Assembly (NCBI GenBank): GCA_949297305.1
Contig: CASFSG010000068.1
Coordinates: 19,833 to 83,832, forward strand
Length of the DNA stretch: 64,000 nt
Reading direction: 5' to 3'
From: an uncultured bacterium
GTDB lineage: Bacteria > Bacillota_I > Bacilli_A > RFN20 > CAG-826
Shown: positions 41,208-48,333 of the stretch, piece after piece
How the letters are laid out: each line of letters begins with the position of its first letter
Numbering within the stretch: the first letter of the stretch is position 1
Position numbers and translations under genes: made by a program
Notes under the pieces: generated by a model
What the model was told of the DNA's origin: nothing
The model's input: the letters and a program-made list of their open reading frames with translations, nothing else
The model's database searches: none

Positions 41208-41888
41208 TTAGTTATTAGTAGCAAAAGTAGCCGCAAAAGTAATAGTAATGTCACCAACAGTAGCTAAAGCTGTGGACATGGAATTATAAGCTTCCGTATT
41301 AGTAGGCTTTTTACCAGTGACATATTGGAATAATTCGTTAACACCATCAGTTGTATTCATATCAACATTTAAATCAACAACATATTCGTTGCCCGAAGGG
41401 CTTAGAGGGAAACTACTAGTACGAACGAATGTTTTATCACCAGTAGTAGTATCAGCGCCTTTAGTCCAAGTAGCACTATTTTTAACAGTCACATAATTTG
41501 CTAAAGCACTAGGAATGGTAATAGTTGTTGTGATGGTAGGAAGCGTACCAGCTGAATTTAATTCATCATAATCCGATTCAGAAATGGTATAACTAGCTGC
41601 TAAATCACTAACAACAGCGTCATCACTACTAGTATTAACAACCGAGATACCTTTAGTAACATCATCTTTATTAGCAAAGCCACCTTGATCGAGAACTAGC
41701 TTTAATGTTACACCACTATCATTGACGGTGATTTTACCAGTGCCATCAGCTAATTCAGTTAATTCGACGTCCATATTAACAGTGCTATCAACATCGTCAA
41801 CGCCAAAATACCAAGCCGAGAAACCTGCACCAACAACAGCTACTAAGCCAAGAGTTGGGGCTAATAGAGCGGTAAGTTTTCTTAACAT
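41208..41888 (-). CDS. TasA/camelysin-sized secreted protein with a SipW-cognate-type signal peptide (major subunit candidate)
   Basis: 226 aa. N-terminus MLRKLTALLAPTLGLVAVVGAGFSAWYFGVDD. T/S/A/G/V-rich and visibly more GC-rich than its neighbours. Strong SD AAGGAGG 7 nt before the ATG. Confidence 0.65.
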   Translation of the reverse strand: MLRKLTALLAPTLGLVAVVGAGFSAWYFGVDDVDSTVNMDVELTELADGTGKITVNDSGVTLKLVLDQGGFANKDDVTKGISVVNTSSDDAVVSDLAASYTISESDYDELNSAGTLPTITTTITIPSALANYVTVKNSATWTKGADTTTGDKTFVRTSSFPLSPSGNEYVVDLNVDMNTTDGVNELFQYVTGKKPTNTEAYNSMSTALATVGDITITFAATFATNN

Positions 41889-41920
41889 TGTTTTTCCTCC
41901 TTCTTATGTTAAGTATTTAA

Positions 41921-41948
41921 ATAATATAAGAGCCCCCCCCTCTGTCAA
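41921..41948 (-). promoter_or_regulatory. sigma-70-type promoter of the SipW operon with a G8 tract in the -35/-10 spacer
   Basis: The minus strand reads TTGACA GAGGGGGGGGCTCT TATATTAT. -35 is at 41943..41948, G8 at 41933..41940, and the -10 candidates are TATATT and TATTAT (41921..41926). Confidence 0.6.
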
Positions 41949-42344
41949 TATTACGCGTATTTTTTTATTTTTGATTATTTATATAAGTTATATCTTCGAT
42001 GTTATCTACTTAATAGATAAAATGGCTAAAACAAAGCAAAATCAAAAAATTGATTTTTTGTCATTTCATTCGATATTATCGAAATTTTTTTGCTTTTGTA
42101 ATACTTTACCATCTTATAATTACTGCTACTATTAAATCTAGTCATATTAGCGTTATAAGCTACAATAAAAATTTTAAAGATTTTAGAAAAATAAATGCAA
42201 ATTTAATAAATTTCTATCTATCCTCTACTTAATAGTTCTTCATATCATTAAAAACTGCTTGATTTTCTATTTCCAAATGATGAGTTTTAAGTATATTTAT
42301 TATTAACTTTTATAATCTTGTGGTAATATTGTGGTGTTTCAAAA

Positions 42345-43169
42345 ATGTTTATTAAAAATAAAATTTGTGAAAAATGTCAAAAAGGTTACGATAATCATCT
42401 CGATTATTGTCCCCATTGTAAAGAAAATAATCAGACTCGCGATCGCAAAAGATTTGAAGGAGTTACTTATTACGAGTTTTGGCGACAAATAATCATCTTT
42501 GTTATCGGCGCTTTTTTATTGAGTGTCGTCGCAACAATTATTTCCGCAATTTTTTCATCCTTTGATTTAAATGAGTTAAAGGCCACTGCTATCATTAATT
42601 TTCTTACTTATGCGATTGTATTTGTCGCTCTACTTTTATCGCTACTACCTGAATATCGACCTTTATTAAAAAGCTTTAAGGGTTATAAGCCTTATGTTTT
42701 TGCGCTAGCTGGGCTAGGCGCTATTTTAATGTTCAATTATGTCTATCTTACCATCATCGGCTTAATTTACCCAATTAGCGATAATGCGAACGAGTCAGCA
42801 ATTAATTCTATCGTTCCAATGTATCCTATTTTGTCGATTTTAATTTTTGGCATCGTTGGACCACTAGTGGAAGAAATGACTTATCGCTTAGGACTATTTT
42901 CCTTTTTTAAACGCATCAATACAATCTTAGCCTACGCTATTACAATGATTATTTTCGCTTTGATTCATTTCGATTTTTATTCCTTTACTAGCGGCACTTA
43001 CATTAATGAATTAATCAATTTGCCTAGTTATTTAGCTGCCGCTTTTGTTTTAACATTCCTTTATGATAAATTCGGCTTTGCTTCTAGTAGTCTATGCCAT
43101 ATCGCTAATAATATGCTTTCGATAATGATGACAATCATCATGTCTTTACTACCAGAAAATGTTCTTTAA
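42345..43169 (+). CDS. CPBP-family intramembrane glutamic protease with N-terminal double-CxxC zinc ribbon
   Basis: CEKCQ...CPHCK, then a polytopic region with EEMTYRLGLF (EExxxR), FALIHF and HIANN motifs. Confidence 0.8.
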   Translation: MFIKNKICEKCQKGYDNHLDYCPHCKENNQTRDRKRFEGVTYYEFWRQIIIFVIGAFLLSVVATIISAIFSSFDLNELKATAIINFLTYAIVFVALLLSLLPEYRPLLKSFKGYKPYVFALAGLGAILMFNYVYLTIIGLIYPISDNANESAINSIVPMYPILSILIFGIVGPLVEEMTYRLGLFSFFKRINTILAYAITMIIFALIHFDFYSFTSGTYINELINLPSYLAAAFVLTFLYDKFGFASSSLCHIANNMLSIMMTIIMSLLPENVL

Positions 43170-43171
43170 AT

Positions 43172-44059
43172 ATGGAAGTTATCGTCCCAAAATACAAATT
43201 TCAATTTTTAAATGAATTCGCTTTAAAAATCATCGCCATAATCACGATGACAATTGATCATCTAGGCGTAATGTTGTGTTCTTTTAATAGCCAAGATTCC
43301 ACCCAATATTTAATTGGTTATATCTTCCGTGTCATCGGGCGAATTGCCTTACCACTATTTATCTATATGCTCGTGGAAGGAATGATTAAATCAACTCATC
43401 GCGGCAAATATTTATTGCGATTAGCCATCATGGCTATCGCCATCGATATAGCGATGATTTTCATTTATTATTTTATCAATCACGACAATAGCTTAATCCC
43501 TGCTTTCAATGATTTATTGATCAATGGAACAATCTTATATTTTTTATTGCATCAAAAGAAAAGCCTAAGATTTTTAGCAATATTTCCTCTATTAATTTCT
43601 GCTTTATCTTTTGGGGTCGATGTTTATGAAACATTAAACCCTAATATCATCATCGAATGGTTTCCGTTTTATTTAAGAGGTGATTATTCGCTTTTTGCAA
43701 CTTTCCTCACTTTAGGAATCTATTTAGGACATATGCTAGCTAAAAGAAAAACGCAAGAATTTTTAGGAAATGTTCCTTTTGATAATTCCTATCGAAATGG
43801 TTATTATCAAGTTTATGTCAACATTATAAGCATTGTCGTTTTATTAGTAATTAACATCATCGTTTATTTTTTATCTTATTTAAAGATTGATCCATACTAT
43901 TCAAATATTCAAACTTGGTCAATCTTCGCTGGCATTTTCTTTTTCTTTTATAATGGCTATCGTGGTTATAACACAAAATGGTTTAAATATTCCTCCTATT
44001 TGTATTATCCAATGCATATTATTATCATTTATTTAATTTTTTATTTAATATATATGTAG
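43172..44059 (+). CDS. TraX-family membrane protein
   Basis: N-terminal LKIIAIITMTIDHLG block and a polytopic 295 aa. Confidence 0.7.
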   Translation: MEVIVPKYKFQFLNEFALKIIAIITMTIDHLGVMLCSFNSQDSTQYLIGYIFRVIGRIALPLFIYMLVEGMIKSTHRGKYLLRLAIMAIAIDIAMIFIYYFINHDNSLIPAFNDLLINGTILYFLLHQKKSLRFLAIFPLLISALSFGVDVYETLNPNIIIEWFPFYLRGDYSLFATFLTLGIYLGHMLAKRKTQEFLGNVPFDNSYRNGYYQVYVNIISIVVLLVINIIVYFLSYLKIDPYYSNIQTWSIFAGIFFFFYNGYRGYNTKWFKYSSYLYYPMHIIIIYLIFYLIYM

Positions 44060-44074
44060 AAAGGAGTTAGAAAG

Positions 44075-44377
44075 ATGTTGATTCATTTAGAAAATGAAAA
44101 AGATTTTAAAAACTTGATTAAGGAAGGGAGAGTTTTAATAGATTTTTACGCTGATTGGTGTGGACCTTGCCAAATGCTTGCGCCAATCTTAGAACAATTA
44201 GCTAACGAAGACAAAGATTTATCAATCATCAAAATAAATGTCGATGATTTCCCTATGATTGCTAAAGATTATCATATCTCCAGCATTCCTTCATTAATCT
44301 ATTATAAAAATGGTGAAATCGTTAAAAAACAAATTGGTTTCTTGCCTTTAAGAAGCATCAAAGAATTAATTGCTTAA
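44075..44377 (+). CDS. trxA: thioredoxin
   Basis: 100 aa with the WCGPC active site. Confidence 0.9.
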   Translation: MLIHLENEKDFKNLIKEGRVLIDFYADWCGPCQMLAPILEQLANEDKDLSIIKINVDDFPMIAKDYHISSIPSLIYYKNGEIVKKQIGFLPLRSIKELIA

Positions 44378-44429
44378 TTTTTTTAGTGCAACTTTGTAAA
44401 AAATATTATATATTTATTAACGCATCATT

Positions 44430-44503
44430 GCAGGCGTAGTTTAGTGGTAAAACATTAGCCTTCCAAGCTGAATTTGCGAGTTCGATTCTCGTCGCCTGCT
44501 CCA
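44430..44503 (+). tRNA. tRNA-Gly (anticodon UCC), CCA encoded
   Basis: Hand-folded cloverleaf. Acceptor GCAGGCG/CGCCTGC; D arm GTTT-AGTGGTA-AAAC; anticodon arm TTAGC-CTTCCAA-GCTGA; T arm GCGAG-TTCGATT-CTCGT; discriminator T plus CCA. Confidence 0.9.
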
Positions 44504-44510
44504 GAGCGTT

Positions 44511-44538
44511 AAAAACACCGATAAATTCGGTGTTTTTT
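44511..44538 (+). terminator. rho-independent terminator after tRNA-Gly
   Basis: AAAAACACCG-ATAAATT-CGGTGTTTTT stem-loop running into a T-run. Confidence 0.8.
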
Positions 44539-44546
44539 GTTTTCGT

Positions 44547-44577
44547 GAGACACTTATGAGACACTTTTGAGACATTT
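44547..44577 (+). repeat. three direct repeats GAGACA(C/T)TT phased at 11 bp
   Basis: Copies at 44547, 44558 and 44569, lying between the tRNA terminator and the terminator of the phage-side operon. Confidence 0.7.
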
Positions 44578-44650
44578 TTAAAAATTTTGCTAAAATAACT
44601 ATGACCAATATTGTTATAGCAATATTTGGCAACCGACAATTTTTGTTTGC

Positions 44651-44686
44651 AAAAAGAAAACGATATTGTTGTTTTTCGCAATACCG
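44651..44686 (-). terminator. rho-independent terminator of the minus-strand ATPase/vWA operon
   Basis: On the minus strand: CGGTATTG-loop-CAATATCG (one mismatch) followed by TTTTCTTTTT, 20 nt after the stop at 44707. Confidence 0.55.
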
Positions 44687-44706
44687 TTTGTAATTATTCA
44701 TTCGAT

Positions 44707-44970
44707 TTAATCGTTGTTTTTTGCAAAATTATTTGCTTTAATAATTAAGTCTTTAATATAATTTTTTGCGGACTTTTGAGCTTTTAAGATGTCGATAATT
44801 TTTTCTTCGCATTTATCGGCTGGATTTAATTTAATATTTATTTGGTATAATTTAGAGTAGTATCTTTTTTGAGCCGCTTTTCCTTTCGAAGTTTTAAAAT
44901 ATTCATTATTCCTTTTTCTACGAACTTTCAATTTTTCTTCATTAGATAAGATTATTTTCTGCTTAACCAC
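44707..44970 (-). CDS. small basic protein, unknown function
   Basis: 87 aa. GTG start preceded by AAGGAGG at 7 nt. Overlaps the upstream gene by 19 nt. Lys/Arg-rich N-terminus. Confidence 0.5.
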   Translation of the reverse strand: MVKQKIILSNEEKLKVRRKRNNEYFKTSKGKAAQKRYYSKLYQINIKLNPADKCEEKIIDILKAQKSAKNYIKDLIIKANNFAKNND

Positions 44971-45497
44971 TTTTGAGCCTCCTTATCAGATAATCTTCTT
45001 TTCGTTGTTTTTTCGATCTCGCATAAATCAAATCTTTTTCTATCACCATGTGCGTTAATGATGAGCCAATTTCCTTTCTTTATAGCATTCGCGAAATATT
45101 CTACTTTAATATCCATTTTTTTATGTCTTGCGTAAGGGTGAAAAATCTTAATTTCATACGAGCCATGATAGTAAGTATTTTTTTCAGCTTCTAATTTAGA
45201 TTTTTTATTTTCAAAAATCGTTATATTGTCTAAATCGATATCTTCGATTATCTCATAAAAATCGGTTTCATTACAATACTTGCTGGTATGATGCCAACTA
45301 GAATATTTTAAACAATTATTTCTTAAAGTTTCTAAATTAAATTTCTTGAGTTTTTCGGCAATTTCTTCAGGATACGCTTCAAGAATTGCTTGTTTAGACC
45401 AATTGCTCACCGGCTTTTCGCCTTTATCGTAAGCTTCAACCGCACGATTACTCATAGAATATCCGGAATATCCAGAATTTTTATTTTTTGTAAACAT
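44952..45497 (-). CDS. hypothetical protein
   Basis: 181 aa with SD AGAGGAAA. N-terminal MSNRAVEAYDKGEKPVSNWSK and SWHHTSKYCNETDFY blocks that I recall seeing in Firmicutes mobile elements, but cannot name. Confidence 0.5.
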   Translation of the reverse strand: MFTKNKNSGYSGYSMSNRAVEAYDKGEKPVSNWSKQAILEAYPEEIAEKLKKFNLETLRNNCLKYSSWHHTSKYCNETDFYEIIEDIDLDNITIFENKKSKLEAEKNTYYHGSYEIKIFHPYARHKKMDIKVEYFANAIKKGNWLIINAHGDRKRFDLCEIEKTTKRRLSDKEAQKWLSRK

Positions 45498-45524
45498 TTT
45501 TATTTTCCTCTTTGTGAGAGTTCT

Positions 45525-47021
45525 CTAAAAGAGAACCCTCATGCTTTCTAAAATATTTTCTTTTAAACGCAAAGCGTAATTGACATTTTCGCAAATAATG
45601 CGTTTGACTTGTTTGAGGCTTTTTGTTAAAGGCTCAACATTGCTTTTTTCAACAATCATTATCGTTTGATTGTTGTTAAAATATGGCTTTAAAATTGATA
45701 CAGGAGTTTTATGGAGGAGGTTTGTTCGTGCGTAAACTTCTTGACCGTCAAATAATACGATATCAATAATTTTAGCATTCTTGTCTTGATGAGTTTTTTT
45801 GTAAACCGTTTTAAGATTTTCAAGAGTTTCTTCAAATTGGCCGATGGCATAGTTTCCGAAAACAGAATTAGAACGCTTGTCAGATGCGATACTCAAGCGA
45901 CCATTCTTCATTCTAATTACATTAAATGTAAAAGATGGTATTTCTTTTTCAATATGCTTGAGCGCTTCGCTAATACAATTAAAGGCGAAATCGTTATGCT
46001 CAAACGACCCAGAATTGTCGAGCCAGATATTTAGTATTTTTCCGTTAAGCATAGATTTTTGAGCTTGAGCATTCGAACTATTTCTTTCGAAAACGCGCCC
46101 CTCGTTGTTGAAATCTTTTAATAATTTCTTGACCGACAATTTACCAGAATAGCCATAGGCTATATTTTTGGAAGCCGGTTTTTGCCCGCCAATTTTTGAA
46201 AATATGATTGAGCGAGCTTTTAATTCGAAATCGAAATTCGCAGGAATAACGCCCGTCTCTTGATAGTATTTATTATCGATAATATGCTTAATAATTTCTT
46301 CTTGCTCTTCGCGGTTGTTCTCTGGTTGAGCTTCTGGTTGAGCTTCTGGTTGAGACGCGGCAATATATTGCGTCCATAATCCATATAAGCCATAAATAAC
46401 GCGAGCATGTAATTGAGCATTCTTTCGTTTCTGATACGCTCTAATAAACAAGTCTAATAGCTTGAGCCCTGCATCTAATATTATTATATTGTCTAAATCG
46501 TGAGTTCTTACGATGTAGAAAAAGAAATTTTCGAAACTATTCAATGCTCTTTTTTTGTCAAACGGAGAAATATTTCGCGAGAATTTCGTAAACGAAAACC
46601 CCATGAAATAACCGTTGAGAATGGTTTCAATGAACTCGTCTTCGAGAACATTTAATAAATATTTAATATTTATACTCGATGATGTGCAAGAGCGTAAAGT
46701 GCTGGCGACCTGATTGATATACTTTGGAGTTAGTGTGTTTATATCGGTGAGTATTGCGTGGCTGACCTCGTGATATACGAGCATTCTTATTGTTTCTTCG
46801 AATTCGAATTGGGTGTTTAAGATTTTGTAAAAATCATAAACATTTTTAACAGCGATTGTAATTTGAGAATTTCCGTTTTTATCAAACGAGATATAACTCG
46901 TTTCGGCGATATTGTCTACATTGACTTTAAGAGTTTTAACTCTTAAATAATAGGCGATTGGCAAGGTCGGAGCGATTGCCGCGACCTTGTCCTTAACTTC
47001 TTCAAAAGTAAACTTTTGCAT
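45525..47021 (-). CDS. putative Zn-metallopeptidase (HExxH) fused to a vWA domain, DUF2201-like
   Basis: YHEVSHAIL (HExxH) and LEDEF in the N-terminal half, a QPEAQPEAQPE linker, and a C-terminal vWA with MIDAS LDNSGS. SD AAAGGAGG. Confidence 0.7.
   Translation of the reverse strand: MQKFTFEEVKDKVAAIAPTLPIAYYLRVKTLKVNVDNIAETSYISFDKNGNSQITIAVKNVYDFYKILNTQFEFEETIRMLVYHEVSHAILTDINTLTPKYINQVASTLRSCTSSSINIKYLLNVLEDEFIETILNGYFMGFSFTKFSRNISPFDKKRALNSFENFFFYIVRTHDLDNIIILDAGLKLLDLFIRAYQKRKNAQLHARVIYGLYGLWTQYIAASQPEAQPEAQPENNREEQEEIIKHIIDNKYYQETGVIPANFDFELKARSIIFSKIGGQKPASKNIAYGYSGKLSVKKLLKDFNNEGRVFERNSSNAQAQKSMLNGKILNIWLDNSGSFEHNDFAFNCISEALKHIEKEIPSFTFNVIRMKNGRLSIASDKRSNSVFGNYAIGQFEETLENLKTVYKKTHQDKNAKIIDIVLFDGQEVYARTNLLHKTPVSILKPYFNNNQTIMIVEKSNVEPLTKSLKQVKRIICENVNYALRLKENILESMRVLF
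46319..46354 (-). repeat. 12-nt in-frame tandem repeat (about 3 copies) encoding the (QPEA)n linker
   Basis: Plus strand: tctctggttgag cttctggttgag cttctggttgag. Confidence 0.8.
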
Positions 47022-47048
47022 TCTAATTTTCCTCCTTTAAATAACTTG

Positions 47049-48257
47049 TTATTTAACCTCGACATTATTGAAGCCGACCCATTCAGGCGTGAAATCTTTA
47101 TTAAAGTTAATAACTTTAAACGCTCTTGAAATTAACGCATCAGGGAGCGTAAATCTGCCGTCATTAGTTTTTTCATTCATGGTAAATATTACCATGAAGC
47201 CTTCTTTAATTTCGATATCGCCGAAACCATGATTGTCGTTGAGCGTCTTGCTATTATCTAGCAAGGTTTGGAGCACTCTTAAACAATCGGGGTTTAAATT
47301 ATTGACTTCGTCAATAATAACGCATCGCCCTTCTTTGGCAGCAATGCCGATTGCAGTTAGTTCGTATCTTTTAGATACGGGGTTGTAAGCACTAAATAAA
47401 TCTTCAGCCATTAAGCCCATGCTTGCTTGAAATGTTAATACATTTCTAGCATCGGCTAGTTTATCGTGCATCACCGCGATACGATGAGCCTCGGTAGTCT
47501 TACCTAATCCAGGTTTACCAAAAAAGATTTGCAATCTTTTATTAACGGCTTTTGTAAAGTTTAAATTTCGCCATTCAATAATTCTATTATTGAGGTTTTC
47601 CCACTCGATTGATTTAGATTTATTATCTAAATCAGCCACAATGTTCTCGTCAACGCCCGATAAAATCATGCATGATTTTATATAATTGATGCAATCAGGA
47701 GCGTCTTGCGATAGCAAGACATTTATTTGACGATTGTCTAACTCGTAGTAAAAATCTTTCATAAAAGATTTTAAATCTTGAGTTAGTTTCGAAAATTGTT
47801 TACAATATGCATTGTAATCGGTTTTAGTTAATTTAACTAAACCCGTGTTGGACGCTTGCTTTGCGGTTGAGGCTGGCGTCTTTTTTTCTTCAGTATCAAT
47901 AGATACTGGTTTCTTGACTTTTGGCGATTTTTGATTACTACTATTAAAAATAGTAGTATCAACGCTTTCGTCTTTGGGACTATTAGAAGAGTTTTTGGCT
48001 AAATATTTTGAAAAATATTTATTGCCGTTAGTTCGAGCCCCTTGAATAAAAGATGCGGCTCCAGATAATGATTTAAAAGAAATATCTTCTTTTAAAGTAA
48101 TCTTATCGTCTTCGCAATATTTATCTCTTAGAGATAACATATCTTTGCCGCTGGACTTAATTCTATCTACGATAGAACCTTTCTTGATGGTTATATTATA
48201 ACCATTAGCTGTTTGCTCAATTGTTAATTGAGACTTCTTAATTGTTAATTCTTTCAT
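47049..48257 (-). CDS. AAA+ ATPase (AAA_5/MoxR/CobS-like) with an N-terminal DUF4357-like domain
   Basis: Walker A GKPGLGKT and Walker B VIIDEVNN. N-terminal ISFKSLSGAASFIQGARTNGNKYF. Start set at MKELTIKK (GGAGG-N7-ATG); the track ORF extends to 48320 across the predicted promoter. Confidence 0.7.
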   Translation of the reverse strand: MKELTIKKSQLTIEQTANGYNITIKKGSIVDRIKSSGKDMLSLRDKYCEDDKITLKEDISFKSLSGAASFIQGARTNGNKYFSKYLAKNSSNSPKDESVDTTIFNSSNQKSPKVKKPVSIDTEEKKTPASTAKQASNTGLVKLTKTDYNAYCKQFSKLTQDLKSFMKDFYYELDNRQINVLLSQDAPDCINYIKSCMILSGVDENIVADLDNKSKSIEWENLNNRIIEWRNLNFTKAVNKRLQIFFGKPGLGKTTEAHRIAVMHDKLADARNVLTFQASMGLMAEDLFSAYNPVSKRYELTAIGIAAKEGRCVIIDEVNNLNPDCLRVLQTLLDNSKTLNDNHGFGDIEIKEGFMVIFTMNEKTNDGRFTLPDALISRAFKVINFNKDFTPEWVGFNNVEVK

Positions 48258-48303
48258 ACATTTTCCTCCATAAATCAACAACGCGATTTCGTTTCGCAAT
48301 CTT

Positions 48304-48333
48304 ATAATATAATAAAGCAATTAATCTTGTCAA
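48304..48333 (-). promoter_or_regulatory. sigma-70-type promoter for the ATPase/vWA operon
   Basis: The minus strand reads TTGACA-N16-TATATT, about 45 nt upstream of the ATG at 48257. Confidence 0.45.

Noticed and set aside
44406-44701. Two overlapping minus-strand track ORFs (91 and 86 aa).
   Set aside because: They run antisense through the tRNA-Gly gene and its terminator and have no SD. They are shadow ORFs.
44707-48257. Integrase/excisionase next to the tRNA att site.
   Set aside because: None of the four products shows tyrosine-recombinase (R...HxxR...Y) or serine-recombinase N-terminal motifs. The 87-aa basic protein could be an RDF, but nothing in the sequence supports it.
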